A DNA stretch of 64,000 bases, from assembly GCA_042565725.1 (NCBI GenBank), contig JBHORK010000003.1, forward strand, positions 10,000 to 73,999, read 5' to 3'. Below the pieces are notes generated by a model. The model worked only from the letters and a program-made list of their open reading frames with translations, was not told where the DNA came from and made no database searches. Positions within the stretch are counted from its first letter, which is position 1. Every line of letters starts with the position of its first letter. Both the position numbers and the translations under genes were made by a program. Source of the DNA: Verrucomicrobiota bacterium (GTDB lineage Bacteria > Verrucomicrobiota > Kiritimatiellia > UBA8416 > JBHORK01). Positions 1-10,823 of this stretch are shown here, piece by piece.

Positions 1-1
1 T

Positions 2-643
2 AGGCTGAAGACGGATCTGACGGATCCTGATGATTATCCGCCGCTGATAGATTTGTTGCGTGTTGACAGGATTGTTGCTGAAGAATTTCAGTTGTTATTC
101 CGAAGCGACATGAAGCTTGAAGGTTTTAATCCTGACGATTCTCAGGAAGAGAGCGTTAAGTATATGAAGTTTGGCTTGAACCTGAGAAGCGGAGAAAAAA
201 CCATTTTTGCTAAACTTAATGAAACAGTGGAAATAAAGATGGGTGAAGAGAAAGTCGGATTCAAACTCGTGAAATATGAAAAAAAGATCGAAAAAAAGCC
301 TTTGTACAGAAACAGCTCCACAATGAAAAAAACTGATGTTTCTGAGTTAACGCTTCAGAGGGGTGATAAAGAAATAGTGCTTATCAAGGGGAAAGCGGAG
401 AAGCATAAGGAATATAGGGCTTATTTGATGTTCGATTTGGACAAAAGCCAGCGTATTGTTAAAAAAGATGATATGTTCGAATTGAAGAAGGACAAAAAAT
501 ATCAGGTAATAAATATTGACAGTAAATTGAGAATTGTCATAATACGTAACCTTCAAACCGGTGAAGAGAAAATCGTTGGTAAAGGGGTAAGCACGAAAAA
601 AGCTATTGCGCCGGATGCTCATTTCGAAGCTCCCAAGTGGTGA
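2..643 (+). CDS. Amuc_1099-like pilus-associated protein, 5'-truncated by the window edge
   Basis: The frame is open from base 2 (RLKTDLTDPDDYPPLIDLLRV...) and joins the 53..643 ORF. It lies directly upstream of a secretin, as in verrucomicrobial Amuc_1099-Amuc_1098 loci. Confidence 0.55.
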   Translation, partial: RLKTDLTDPDDYPPLIDLLRVDRIVAEEFQLLFRSDMKLEGFNPDDSQEESVKYMKFGLNLRSGEKTIFAKLNETVEIKMGEEKVGFKLVKYEKKIEKKPLYRNSSTMKKTDVSELTLQRGDKEIVLIKGKAEKHKEYRAYLMFDLDKSQRIVKKDDMFELKKDKKYQVINIDSKLRIVIIRNLQTGEEKIVGKGVSTKKAIAPDAHFEAPKW

Positions 644-664
644 TAAGAACAGGAAGATTCTTTT

Positions 665-3631
665 ATGATATTTAATAGCCAAAAGTTATTCGGAGTCATT
701 CTAGCAGCAGTTCTGCTGCTTCCTTCGTTGTTGATTACAGCCCAGGAAGAAATTGCTGAGGAGATGGTCATTGATGCGGCAATTGATGGTGAGCTGCCTG
801 TTGAGATTGACCTGGAAGAGGATGATCTCTTGGATGCTGAAATGAGCAGCGAAATCGGCGCGGCAACTGACGGGCTTGATGATGAGATGTTAGCTGAAGT
901 GGAGATGGAAGAAATTGAGATAGAAGAAGAACCTATGGAATTGGCTGATGATGAGTCTGATCCTATAGCTGAAGAATCTGTTGAGGCATTGGAGATAGAG
1001 GAACTTGAAGAACCCGTTTTGGATGAAGTCCCCTTGGTAGAAGAAGCTATCGGCAGTATTGTTGAGGCAACAACTGCTGAGGCGATTGAAGTTGAAATCG
1101 AACCCGAAGTTGAAATCGAACCCGAAGTTGAAATCGAACCCGAAGTTGCGGTTGAAGTTGAAATTGAATCTGCAGTTGAAGATGAAATCGAACCCGAAAT
1201 TGAGAGTGAGATGGTTGAGGGGCCTTTTGAAGAAAAGGAATCGCCTCAAGTAATGGCCAAACGGGCTGAAGTTACTGTTTTTGCAGAGGAAGAGAAACTT
1301 CGCAGATTGGCCTTGAGAAGGCACGGGGAGGAGTCTTTGTCTGAGGCCAGGAAGTCTTTGCAGAGTGGGCGATATGAGGTTGCAATTACCCTGTTTAATG
1401 AAGCTATGAGTTGTTTTAAACGGTCCCATGTCAAGACACAGCAGAGGGAAGCTCTGGAGGGCCTGCAGGAAACGTACTATCGTTGGGCTTTGTCTATGGA
1501 GCAACAGAGAAAAATGGATGAGGCAATTGACCAGGCCAAGAAAGCTGCTGGAGCAGGACATCCCAGGGGCGAGAAGCTTGTGGTGCGCTTGGAGGATATT
1601 AGAGACAAACCGGTTGAAGAGGAGGTTGCATTACCAGATGCACGCCAGACGAGCAAAGAGTTTCTCGAAGACAGAAAGAAAATCGCAGTCAAATTAAAAC
1701 GCGCGCGGGAATATTTTGTCTCAGGTGAGTATGATGAAGCACAGCTGAAAGCGGAGTTGGTTCTTAGAGATGATCTATTTAACACCGAGGCGCAGAGACT
1801 GCTTCATAAGATAGAGCAGAAAAGATACGACAGGGCAACAATGGAAGGTGAGGCTACTCGCAAGAATATGATGGCAGAAGTGCGCAGGACATGGAATCCC
1901 AGGGATTACGGTATCGAAAAAGATAATATCGGCGTAAACCAAGATATTTATAAGCCAAAGGTTGATGAAAGCAAAAGAATGGCGATACTGCGCAAGATGG
2001 AAGGTATTGTTATTCCTGAAATAGATTTCAGACAGGCGAATATTAATGATGTAGTTGAGGTTCTTCATGATTATAGCTTGGAGTATGATCCGGATACTGA
2101 CGCCGAGCCAAAAGATCGAGGGATAAATATTATTCTACGACTTGGTACTGGAAAAGCAGAAAGTGTGGAGGCAGAACCTTCGATTGATGATCCTTTTGCC
2201 GAAGCGCCAGCATCAGCGGGCGGCACAGGAGGTTCGGGAGATCAACTGATTACGGTCCATGCACGTTATGTTACGTTGAAAGAGGCGCTTAAAATATGTA
2301 CTGAAATGGCCGATTTGAAATATCGCATTGAAGGTTCGGTTGTAATGATTGTACCTCAGAACGAGCCTGACGGGGAGGTCCTTATTCGAATGTATAACGT
2401 GTTGCCCTCTGTTGGTGAGAGGATTGCCGAGCTTGCGCCGGATATAGGGGCTGGGGGAGAAGAGCGTGACGATTTTATCACGATCGAAAAGGGTTCCGTA
2501 GGACAGGTAAGGGATGATTGGAAGCAGTTTTTCGCGGGGATGGGAGTGAAATGGCCGCAGGGGACTTCAATCAAGTATATCGCCGCAATAGGTAAGATAG
2601 TAGTTGCCAATACAGCTAATAATCTAACTGAATTCGAGAAGGTGCTTGCTATTATCAATGTTGTTCCATACCAGATTGAAATTGAAGCGCGTTTTGTTGA
2701 AGTGGGCCAGAATAATCTTGAAACTTTGGGCTTTGAATGGCTTTTAACCGATGACTGGGAACTTATGATGAAGAATAGTCCCGGAACGGCGCTTGCAATG
2801 AAACCAAGAATTCAGATGGAAGCAAATGACCCGGGAGGTTTTATGACGGGCCATAGATTTTACGAGGAATTTGCAGGTATACCTGAAGGTGATACGCCTG
2901 TTACAGATAATATAGCGACATTTAGCAGTTTTCTGACGAATCCACAGTTGAAAATGATACTTCATGCGCTTGAACGGGAAGGGCATGCGGACCTTCTTTC
3001 TGCGCCAAAGGTTACTACCACAGCAGGTCAAGAGGCTGTGATAAAGGTGGTCAGAGAGTTTATTTATCCCACAGAATTCACAGTAACACCAATTATGTCA
3101 CGAGGAGTCACTGGCGCTACTATACCTGTAGGCGGCATTGTGGAGCCAGGCTCATTCCAGACGCGTGAGGTAGGTGTTCTTCTTACTGTTGCACCTGAAG
3201 TAAGTCCAGACGGACAGATGATCAATTTGATGGTAACTCCTGAAGTAGTTGATGACCCAACATGGAAGGACTATGGCTCCACTTTTACAGTGCCTGGTGC
3301 TGGTATAAACTTTCTCCCTATGCCGCAGCCGTTCTTTCCCGTACGCAATGTCAGCACGACGATCTCTGTGTATAATGAGGCAACAATTGTTCTCGGGGGA
3401 ATGATTACTGAAAAGAGATGGGATGTTGATGATGGGATACCGTTTCTGATGGATATTCCGTTTATTGGTCGTCTTTTCAGGAGCAGATACGAGCGAAGCG
3501 ACAAGATTAATCTCATGATATTCCTTACCGCGCGTCTAGTTGATCCTGCTGGAAGACCGGTTTCAAAGAAAGCAGAAAGGCAGATCACTGAAGCTATGCA
3601 GGACAAGGCTGCGGCGTCATCCGGTAAATAG
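665..3631 (+). CDS. Secretin (PilQ/GspD family, Amuc_1098-like) with acidic N-terminal region and TPR-like helices
   Basis: Signal peptide, E/D-rich region, TPR-like segment, secretin motifs QIEIEARFVEV, DLLSAPKVTT, REVGVLLTVAPEV, IPFLMDIPFIGRLFRS. Confidence 0.9.
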   Translation: MIFNSQKLFGVILAAVLLLPSLLITAQEEIAEEMVIDAAIDGELPVEIDLEEDDLLDAEMSSEIGAATDGLDDEMLAEVEMEEIEIEEEPMELADDESDPIAEESVEALEIEELEEPVLDEVPLVEEAIGSIVEATTAEAIEVEIEPEVEIEPEVEIEPEVAVEVEIESAVEDEIEPEIESEMVEGPFEEKESPQVMAKRAEVTVFAEEEKLRRLALRRHGEESLSEARKSLQSGRYEVAITLFNEAMSCFKRSHVKTQQREALEGLQETYYRWALSMEQQRKMDEAIDQAKKAAGAGHPRGEKLVVRLEDIRDKPVEEEVALPDARQTSKEFLEDRKKIAVKLKRAREYFVSGEYDEAQLKAELVLRDDLFNTEAQRLLHKIEQKRYDRATMEGEATRKNMMAEVRRTWNPRDYGIEKDNIGVNQDIYKPKVDESKRMAILRKMEGIVIPEIDFRQANINDVVEVLHDYSLEYDPDTDAEPKDRGINIILRLGTGKAESVEAEPSIDDPFAEAPASAGGTGGSGDQLITVHARYVTLKEALKICTEMADLKYRIEGSVVMIVPQNEPDGEVLIRMYNVLPSVGERIAELAPDIGAGGEERDDFITIEKGSVGQVRDDWKQFFAGMGVKWPQGTSIKYIAAIGKIVVANTANNLTEFEKVLAIINVVPYQIEIEARFVEVGQNNLETLGFEWLLTDDWELMMKNSPGTALAMKPRIQMEANDPGGFMTGHRFYEEFAGIPEGDTPVTDNIATFSSFLTNPQLKMILHALEREGHADLLSAPKVTTTAGQEAVIKVVREFIYPTEFTVTPIMSRGVTGATIPVGGIVEPGSFQTREVGVLLTVAPEVSPDGQMINLMVTPEVVDDPTWKDYGSTFTVPGAGINFLPMPQPFFPVRNVSTTISVYNEATIVLGGMITEKRWDVDDGIPFLMDIPFIGRLFRSRYERSDKINLMIFLTARLVDPAGRPVSKKAERQITEAMQDKAAASSGK
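1088..1147 (+). repeat. 18-bp coding tandem repeat (EVEIEP x3)
   Basis: gaagttgaaatcgaaccc repeated three times, with degenerate copies to about 1200. Confidence 0.9.
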
Positions 3632-3632
3632 C

Positions 3633-4508
3633 ATGTCTTGCGACAGACTGATTCTCATTGACGGAATGTGTGCTTTGTATCGTGCCTTCTACGCAATAAA
3701 GAATTTATCCACCAAATCAGGAAGGCCTACTAATGCTGTCTTCGGATTTGTCAGGATGCTGAATCAGATTCGGGAACTGAGAAACCCCAGTCATTGGGCG
3801 GTTGTTTTTGATGGTGGTTTGCCGAAAGACAGGGTTGAAATGCTGGAGGAATATAAGGCTCAGAGACCGTCCATGCCGGATGCTCTCAGGGAACAGATCA
3901 GTGTTGTTGAAGACTACCTTGATAAAGCTGAAATTGCCTGGGTTAGAAAAGATGGCGAAGAAGCTGATGATGTAATTGCTTCTATCGCGGATTGGGCTGA
4001 GTCACAATCTGATTCCATAATGATCGCTACTAATGATAAAGATATTTATCAACTTATTAATAGAAAAACCAATGTGATACCGGTTGCTGGCAGAAATGAC
4101 CCCTTTGGCCCAGAGAGTGTTAAATCTAAAACGGGAGTTGCTCCTTCGCAGATGATAGATTGGCTGGCGCTTGTTGGGGACAGTGCCGACAACATACCGG
4201 GAGTTCCGGGAGTTGGGCCTAAAACAGCAGCGAAGCTGATAAATGCTTTTGGGTCGGTTCAGGAAATCTGGAAGCATCTCGATAAAGTGGAAAGCAAAAA
4301 ACTTCGTAGATCACTGCAGGATTCCAGGGATCTTGTTTCCAGAAATATGAAAATAGTTCGTCTGAAACGAGATTTGGGCAGTTTATTGAATTGGGATGAG
4401 CTTAAGGTGCGTTCTGTTGATCCTGGTAAGGTTCTGCCGTTGTTGGAGGAACTTGAGTTGCACTCATTGGCACGTGAGTTAAGAGAGGGAGATTTATTCA
4501 AGAAATAG
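3633..4508 (+). CDS. Stand-alone 5'-3' exonuclease (PolA N-terminal/FEN domain only)
   Basis: LILIDG..YRAFYA, PTNAVFGF, EYKAQR, EADDVIA, DKD, LVGDSADNIPGVPGVGPKTA motifs; no polymerase domain. ATG at 3633 follows the secretin stop. Confidence 0.9.
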   Translation: MSCDRLILIDGMCALYRAFYAIKNLSTKSGRPTNAVFGFVRMLNQIRELRNPSHWAVVFDGGLPKDRVEMLEEYKAQRPSMPDALREQISVVEDYLDKAEIAWVRKDGEEADDVIASIADWAESQSDSIMIATNDKDIYQLINRKTNVIPVAGRNDPFGPESVKSKTGVAPSQMIDWLALVGDSADNIPGVPGVGPKTAAKLINAFGSVQEIWKHLDKVESKKLRRSLQDSRDLVSRNMKIVRLKRDLGSLLNWDELKVRSVDPGKVLPLLEELELHSLARELREGDLFKK

Positions 4509-4522
4509 AATGTTTTTTGGTG

Positions 4523-4551
4523 TTGACAATGTTCGCCTACTGATTTATGCT
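4523..4551 (+). promoter_or_regulatory. sigma70-type promoter upstream of coaE-rho
   Basis: TTGACA-17 nt-TATGCT. Confidence 0.6.
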
Positions 4552-4663
4552 TAATCATCTTATTTCTCAGGGAGGATATCCCCGAATTTCTCAACCAATT
4601 CAATTCCATATGTTAGTTTGGTTTCACTTCGAAGTTTTATCCTTTGTATGTTAAAGGGCCCGT

Positions 4664-5245
4664 ATGTTGAGAATTGCTGTGACGGGTGGAATAGCCTGCG
4701 GGAAGACTGAGGTTGGTTCTGTTATGGCCAATCAAGGGGCTGTTGTGTTTGAATGCGATGAGGCAGCGCATAAACTCATGGAGCCTGGACAAAAAGTGTA
4801 TCACAGAATTCTTGCGCAGTTCAGTGATGATATTCTGGATGATCATAAGAAAATTGACAGATCGAAACTTGCAGAGCGCGTATTCGCTGATGCAGATGAT
4901 TTGAGTGCCTTGAACAGGATTGTTCATCCTGAGGTAAAAGCCGTTTGGCGAAAATGGTTAAATAATCAACAGTCAGTTGCAGTTATCATAATGCCATTGC
5001 TTTATGAGGCAGGTGAAGGTGAGAATTGGGATGCTGTTGTGTGTGTAAGCTCATTTGAAATAAAACAGATTGGCAGGCTGAAAAAACGAGGTATATCGGA
5101 ATCAGGAGCGCGAAGGAGAATTTCAGCTCAAATGCCGGTGCGGAAAAAAGCTGAACTGGCTGATTTTGTGATAAGTAACAATGGTGCGATGAAACAGTTA
5201 AGGGCGCAAACTGTAAGAGTATGGAAGATTATAACGGAGAGTTAA
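4664..5245 (+). CDS. coaE: Dephospho-CoA kinase
   Basis: IAVTGGIACGKT P-loop, IDRSKLAERVF, LNRIVHPEV, PLLYE. Confidence 0.95.
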   Translation: MLRIAVTGGIACGKTEVGSVMANQGAVVFECDEAAHKLMEPGQKVYHRILAQFSDDILDDHKKIDRSKLAERVFADADDLSALNRIVHPEVKAVWRKWLNNQQSVAVIIMPLLYEAGEGENWDAVVCVSSFEIKQIGRLKKRGISESGARRRISAQMPVRKKAELADFVISNNGAMKQLRAQTVRVWKIITES

Positions 5246-5248
5246 GTT

Positions 5249-6700
5249 ATGGGACTTAGAAGCCACAATACGACAAGACGGACAAGACACAATAATAATT
5301 CACGCAGAAGCTCGATGGATAACACCAGGTACTCGGCCCGGAGTTCTCGTGCAAAGAGTGCAAATTCTGCCGGAAATTCAGACGCTGACAGCTCAAACGG
5401 GAACGAGGTACCGGTACCACCGCCCAGAAAAAACGGGTCTGGTGAGCAAGGGCTTAGTCTTTACGAGCTTCAGGAAAAGTCAGTACCAGAATTGCACAAG
5501 ATAGCTGATGAATTCGGGCTGACCGACCTTGGAGCGTTACAAAAGCATGAGTTGATTTTCGAGATTCTGAAGGAAGGTGCCAGAAAGACCGGCACAATGT
5601 TCAGTAAAGGGGTGCTCGAGATTTTACCTGACGGTTTCGGATTTCTCAGATCACCGTACAATAACTATTTGCCGTGTCCTGAAGATATATATGTCTCACC
5701 GTCTCAGATCAGAAGATTTGCGTTGAGGACAGGAGACCTTGTCGAGGGTGAAATTAGAGAGCCTAAGGACAAGGAGCGTTTTTTTGCGCTTCTCAGGGTT
5801 GATAAAGTCAATGAAAATGACCCGGAAATGTCCCGTAGTAAGGTTCCCTTCGAAAATCTCACTCCTCTTTTCCCTGATAATCGTATTCATCTGGAAAGAG
5901 AAGCCAGCGAGATTTCCATGCGCGTAATGGATATTTTTACTCCAATAGGCATGGGACAGCGCGGGTTAATAGTTGCAGCTCCCCGGACAGGGAAAACGGT
6001 GCTTCTTCAAAAGATTGCAAACAGCATTACGGCAAATCATCCGGATGTTTATCTGATAATTCTTCTTATTGATGAGCGCCCCGAAGAAGTGACCGACATG
6101 ATGCGCCACACATCTGCGCACGTTTTCAGTTCTACATTTGATGAAGCTCCTGAGCGCCATGTTCAGGTTTCTGAGCTTGTGCTTGAAATGTCAAAACGTA
6201 TGGTTGAGTGTGGTAAAGATGTTGTAATACTGCTTGACAGTGTTACACGACTTGCGCGTGCATATAATACACTTCAGCCGCACAGCGGCAAAATTCTATC
6301 AGGGGGCGTTGACGCGAATGCATTGCATAAGCCCAAACGCTTTTTCGGCGCCGCACGCAACATTGAGGACGGAGGAAGTCTGAGTATAATTGCAACAGCG
6401 CTTGTGGATACAGGCAGTAGAATGGATGAGGTTATCTTTGAAGAATTTAAAGGAACAGGCAATATGGAGCTCTGTCTTGATAGAAACCTTGTTGACAAAC
6501 GGATATTCCCCTCTATTAATATGGAGAAATCGGGAACACGGAAGGAAGAACTGCTTCTGCATCCGGATGAATTAAGCAAGATATGGATCCTCAGGAGAGC
6601 CATTAATGGAGTGCCTCCTGTCGAAGCCATGGAAATGATTGTAAAGCGATTAAAGAAAACAAAGAGCAATGCGGAATTTCTTATGGCAATGAAAGAGTAA
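5249..6700 (+). CDS. rho: Transcription termination factor Rho
   Basis: [67 protein letters not shown]. Confidence 0.99.
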   Translation: MGLRSHNTTRRTRHNNNSRRSSMDNTRYSARSSRAKSANSAGNSDADSSNGNEVPVPPPRKNGSGEQGLSLYELQEKSVPELHKIADEFGLTDLGALQKHELIFEILKEGARKTGTMFSKGVLEILPDGFGFLRSPYNNYLPCPEDIYVSPSQIRRFALRTGDLVEGEIREPKDKERFFALLRVDKVNENDPEMSRSKVPFENLTPLFPDNRIHLEREASEISMRVMDIFTPIGMGQRGLIVAAPRTGKTVLLQKIANSITANHPDVYLIILLIDERPEEVTDMMRHTSAHVFSSTFDEAPERHVQVSELVLEMSKRMVECGKDVVILLDSVTRLARAYNTLQPHSGKILSGGVDANALHKPKRFFGAARNIEDGGSLSIIATALVDTGSRMDEVIFEEFKGTGNMELCLDRNLVDKRIFPSINMEKSGTRKEELLLHPDELSKIWILRRAINGVPPVEAMEMIVKRLKKTKSNAEFLMAMKE

Positions 6701-6742
6701 GGTCAGACTCTTGATTTACGTTTGCCTACCAGGAGATCATAA

Positions 6743-8041
6743 ATGAAAGTAACAGTTCAAGACGCAGCTTCATGTCGTAAAATTCTGCATGTGGAGGTTC
6801 CCGACGATGGAGTAGTGGATGAGTATGGTAAAGTGATAAATGTATATGCTGAGAGCGTCAAGGTCCCGGGTTTCAGGAAAGGGAAAGCACCGGCGCATGT
6901 TGTTGAACGCAGGTACGCCAAGAATATAGCAGAGGAAACCAGAGATCGTCTTATTCCGCGGTTCTGTAAAGAAGCCCTTGCTCAAGAGGAAATAAATCCA
7001 GTGGCGTTGATCGGGGTGCATGATGTCGATTTTGAAGATGGTAAAAGACTTGCCTTTAAAGTGACTGTTGATGTTGCGCCGCAGTTCAAATTACCGAAAT
7101 ACATGAAGATCAAACTTAAGGCCACGAAGGTTGTAGTTGCTGATACTGAAGTTGAAGAGGCTTATAATCGTCTTCTTGATTCTTTTGCCCGTTTTGAGGA
7201 TGTTGCAAGAACTGATGTTTGCGAAGGAGATTTAGTTAAAGTCGATTATGTCGGAACTTGCGAAGACAAGCCGCTTCGTGAGTTTGCCCCCAATTGCGCA
7301 GGGATTGATGAAGGTAAGGATTTTTGGGTTTTTCTTGGTGATCGTGAGTTTCTGCCCGGTTTCTCCCAGGCGCTTATTGGATCCACTGTAAATCAAGAGA
7401 TAAAAGTAAACGTTCATTTCCCTGACGACTACCATGTAACGGAGGTTTCCGGAAGAGATGCAATCTACATGGTTGTCCCTAAAGGAATACGGGAAAAGAT
7501 ACTTCCGGAATTGAATGAGGAATTTTGGAAAAAACTGAATGTCGGATCCGAAGCAGAATTGCGAGAAAAAATCCGTCAGGAGTTACTGGAAACTGCTGAA
7601 AGCAATGAAAAGAACCGGCTGAAAGAAGAGATTTCCAAGTATCTTCTAGAAAATACTAAGCTGGATCTGCCCAAGTCTGTGGTTGATCACGAAACAAATT
7701 TGGTGGCTCGTAATATGGTTGAAAATATCGCCATGCGTGGCGCCACAAAGGAGCAGATCGAGGCGCAGAAGGATGATATTCTCAATATGGCCGTGAAATC
7801 GTCTAAAGATCGTGTGAAGTTATCATATATTCTTGAACAAATAGCCGAAAAGGAGAATATTCAGGTGGAAGAAAACGAGGTGGAGGGGCGCATAGCGGCT
7901 ATGGCGGAGTATAACAAAACGTCTGCTGACCGTTTGAAGTCGGAATTGAACAAGCGAAATTCCATGGAAAAGCTTAAGAGTGATATTCGCTCCGAAAAAA
8001 CTCTCGACTTTTTGTTGGAACATTCAAAGATAAAAAAATAA
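6743..8041 (+). CDS. tig: Trigger factor
   Basis: [10 protein letters not shown] ribosome-binding motif, FKBP-like middle domain, upstream of clpP. Confidence 0.97.
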   Translation: MKVTVQDAASCRKILHVEVPDDGVVDEYGKVINVYAESVKVPGFRKGKAPAHVVERRYAKNIAEETRDRLIPRFCKEALAQEEINPVALIGVHDVDFEDGKRLAFKVTVDVAPQFKLPKYMKIKLKATKVVVADTEVEEAYNRLLDSFARFEDVARTDVCEGDLVKVDYVGTCEDKPLREFAPNCAGIDEGKDFWVFLGDREFLPGFSQALIGSTVNQEIKVNVHFPDDYHVTEVSGRDAIYMVVPKGIREKILPELNEEFWKKLNVGSEAELREKIRQELLETAESNEKNRLKEEISKYLLENTKLDLPKSVVDHETNLVARNMVENIAMRGATKEQIEAQKDDILNMAVKSSKDRVKLSYILEQIAEKENIQVEENEVEGRIAAMAEYNKTSADRLKSELNKRNSMEKLKSDIRSEKTLDFLLEHSKIKK

Positions 8042-8051
8042 GGATTATGTT

Positions 8052-8672
8052 ATGAACGAAATGGGGCAAGCTTTAATACCAATGGTGGTGGAACAGACGG
8101 GAAGAGTAGAGAGAGCGTACGATATATTTTCACGCCTTCTGAAAGACAGGATTATTTTTATAGGTTCGCCTATTACTGATGAGGTGAGCAATCTGATTAT
8201 AGCCCAATTGCTCTTCCTTCAGGCTGAAAACGCCGAAAAAGATGTTTGTATGTACATTAATTCACCTGGCGGATCTGTCACTGCCGGCATGGCGATCTAT
8301 GACACCATGCAATTTATGAAGTGTGACGTTGCGACCTATTGTGTGGGACAGGCGGCGAGTCTTGGCGCAGTTTTGCTTGCGGCAGGGACTGCAGGAAAAC
8401 GTTTCGCGCTCCCTAATGCGAGAATAATGATTCATCAGCCCTGGGGCGGTGTGCAGGGCCAGGCTTCTGATATCAGTATTCAGGCAAAAGAAATCCTCAG
8501 ATTGCGTGATACAATAAATGAGATCCTTGGCAAACATACGGGAAAATCACTGAAAGTGATATCAGAAGATACCGATAGAGATTTCTTTATGTCCGCCTCG
8601 GAAGCAAAGAATTATGGTTTGGTGGATGAAGTTGTGCGAAGCAGAAAACAGAAAAAAACCAGGAAGAAGTAG
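8052..8672 (+). CDS. clpP: ATP-dependent Clp protease proteolytic subunit
   Basis: [40 protein letters not shown]. Confidence 0.99.
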   Translation: MNEMGQALIPMVVEQTGRVERAYDIFSRLLKDRIIFIGSPITDEVSNLIIAQLLFLQAENAEKDVCMYINSPGGSVTAGMAIYDTMQFMKCDVATYCVGQAASLGAVLLAAGTAGKRFALPNARIMIHQPWGGVQGQASDISIQAKEILRLRDTINEILGKHTGKSLKVISEDTDRDFFMSASEAKNYGLVDEVVRSRKQKKTRKK

Positions 8673-8701
8673 GGGCACTATTCTTCTGTGGAGAATGACC
8701 T

Positions 8702-9958
8702 GTGGCTAGTGAAAATCAAGCTTTATGTTCCTTTTGCGGTAAAAACAGCCGAGAGGTTAGAAAACTCATAGCTGGTCCGGATGTCAGTATATGTGACGAA
8801 TGTGTGACATTGTGCAATTCAATGTTAAATAGCGAAAAGAGTGAGGGGCGAAGAAAACAAGTCTCTAAACTCAAAGTTCCTAAACCTGCGGCGATAAAAG
8901 CTTTCCTGGACCAATATGTGGTTGGGCATGAGTATGCCAAAAAGGTCCTGGCAGTTGCTGTATATAATCATTACAGGCGTTTACGGCAGGAAGTCCATTT
9001 TGCCGATGATCATCCCTATGCAGAAGTTGAGATCGAAAAGAGCAATATACTTATGATCGGATCAACGGGGTGCGGTAAAACTCTTATGGCAAGAACGTTA
9101 GCTCGGCTTCTGGATGTTCCATTTGCAATTGCAGATGCCACAACACTGACTGAAGCAGGATATGTAGGTGAGGACGTGGAAAACATTTTACTGAGCCTTA
9201 TCCAGAATGCGGACAATGATATCGGTCGGGCCGAGATGGGAATCATATATATTGATGAAATAGATAAAATAGGCCGCAAAACCGATAATGTTTCTATTAC
9301 ACGTGATGTTTCGGGTGAAGGTGTCCAGCAGGCACTTCTCAAAATTCTGGAGGGTACGATTGCCAATGTATCTCCTCACGGCGGCCGTAAACATCCGCAG
9401 CAGGAATATATGAAAATCAATACGGAACACATCCTTTTTATCTGCGGAGGGGCTTTTGTCGGATTAGATGATATAGTCAGGCGCAGAACGGGTAAGGGTA
9501 TGCTCGGTTTTAGCGAAGCAGACTTTATAGGACGGCGTGGAGACAATGCTAAATTGGGTTTAGATGTTGAACCTGAGGATCTGATACGATATGGGCTAAT
9601 TCCTGAGCTGGTAGGTCGTTTGCCTGTTGCCGTTGCTTTGCCGGAACTTACTGAAGATGACCTTGTTCACATTATGGTCAAGCCGAAGAATTGTATGGTG
9701 AAGCAGTATCAGAAGCTTATGGCTATGGACGGAATGTCGCTTTCGTTTACCGATAGTGCGCTACGCGAGTTGGCCACCATTTCGATTAAGAGAAAAACAG
9801 GCGCGCGCGGATTACGTGCTATAGTTGAGAGATTAATGCTTGATATTATGTTTGAAGCTCCGGGTAAAACTAAATGTACACTGCGAATCACTAAATCCAT
9901 GGTTCGGCAGAAATGTCTTAATAATGAAACCCAGAGTGAAAAACGTAAAATCGCGTAG
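8702..9958 (+). CDS. clpX: Clp protease ATP-binding subunit ClpX
   Basis: CSFCGK zinc finger, [38 protein letters not shown]. Confidence 0.99.
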   Translation: MASENQALCSFCGKNSREVRKLIAGPDVSICDECVTLCNSMLNSEKSEGRRKQVSKLKVPKPAAIKAFLDQYVVGHEYAKKVLAVAVYNHYRRLRQEVHFADDHPYAEVEIEKSNILMIGSTGCGKTLMARTLARLLDVPFAIADATTLTEAGYVGEDVENILLSLIQNADNDIGRAEMGIIYIDEIDKIGRKTDNVSITRDVSGEGVQQALLKILEGTIANVSPHGGRKHPQQEYMKINTEHILFICGGAFVGLDDIVRRRTGKGMLGFSEADFIGRRGDNAKLGLDVEPEDLIRYGLIPELVGRLPVAVALPELTEDDLVHIMVKPKNCMVKQYQKLMAMDGMSLSFTDSALRELATISIKRKTGARGLRAIVERLMLDIMFEAPGKTKCTLRITKSMVRQKCLNNETQSEKRKIA

Positions 9959-9972
9959 CCGGGAAAACAGCT

Positions 9973-10332
9973 CTACGTTGCCGTTTTAATCTTGTTATTT
10001 TCATCCAGAAGAATTACGCGCGGCCGGTGCTGGTTTATCTCTTCCTCTTGAAGAAGCCCAAAGGCAAATACTATCAGTCGATCTCCGGATGAGCCTTTAT
10101 GAGCGGTAGCCCCATTGAGGCAAATCTTTCCTGATCCGGATTCTTCTGCGGGAATGGCATACGTTTCGAACCTGTTTCCGTTGGCAAGGTTTGCAATAAG
10201 AATTTTCTCGTAAGGCCGTATGCCGGCTGCGTCCATGAGATTGCTGTCTATAGTGAGACTGCCCTCGTACTCTAATTCCACATCAGTTACAGTCGCATGG
10301 TGAAGTTTGGATTTAAGCATTACTGAAAGCAT
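9973..10332 (-). CDS. panD: Aspartate 1-decarboxylase
   Basis: MLKSKLHHATVT, YEGSLTID, NGNRFETYAI, ICLNGA. Confidence 0.97.
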   Translation of the reverse strand: MLSVMLKSKLHHATVTDVELEYEGSLTIDSNLMDAAGIRPYEKILIANLANGNRFETYAIPAEESGSGKICLNGATAHKGSSGDRLIVFAFGLLQEEEINQHRPRVILLDENNKIKTAT

Positions 10333-10477
10333 GTTATTCCCTCCAGCTCCGCACGTTACCGCATGGAATTCTGAAGATCAAGGAAAGAAAACGAGGAATT
10401 TGCGTTACAAACGCAAATTCCTAAAGGGATAGAAGGGGGTGGAAAGGGATGGAACCGAAACCAGTCAGGAGATAGGT

Positions 10478-10637
10478 CCAAATCGGTATCGAAATCGGTA
10501 TCCAAATCGAAATAACATGGGGTTGGGATGCGAAAAACTGAATATCTGCCGTACTGTGATTCTCTGAATATTGCCTAAGGCAATGGCAAGACGGTGAAAT
10601 CGATAGCGATCCCGATAGCGATAGCGATTTCGATGGG
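10478..10637 (+). pseudogene. Hexamer (ATCGNN) inverted-repeat element enclosing a decayed four-helix-bundle (TIGR02436-like) gene
   Basis: Left arm aatcggtatcgaaatcggtatc, right arm atcgatagcgatcccgatagcgatagcgatttcgat. Inside, ATG 10517 gives MGLGCEKLNICR and another frame gives LNIA*GNGK at 10564-10590. Confidence 0.7.
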
Positions 10638-10823
10638 GTTAAATAATATAACAAAAATAATGAGGTCAAAGTGACAACTTCAAATCAGGACTTGACCAAT
10701 GAAAGGGACAGGAAGGGATAGAGGGGGAGCAACCCTTCTTTTTGGCGAATATATGATCAATAACTACCGCCATTTTCTTTGGGCATGCCCGCCTGATTGC
10801 GAAGCTTTCGGCGGGGTCAATAT

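Noticed and set aside
890-1561. 223-aa minus-strand ORF with FDFNFG repeats
   Set aside because: Antisense shadow of the acidic EVEIEP region of the secretin.
3540-3632. Longer ORF-track starts for the exonuclease, trpS, chorismate mutase, hisC, argS, wzt and the mutarotase
   Set aside because: The extensions overlap upstream genes or repeat DNA; downstream ATGs fit the family N-termini and ribosome-binding sites better.
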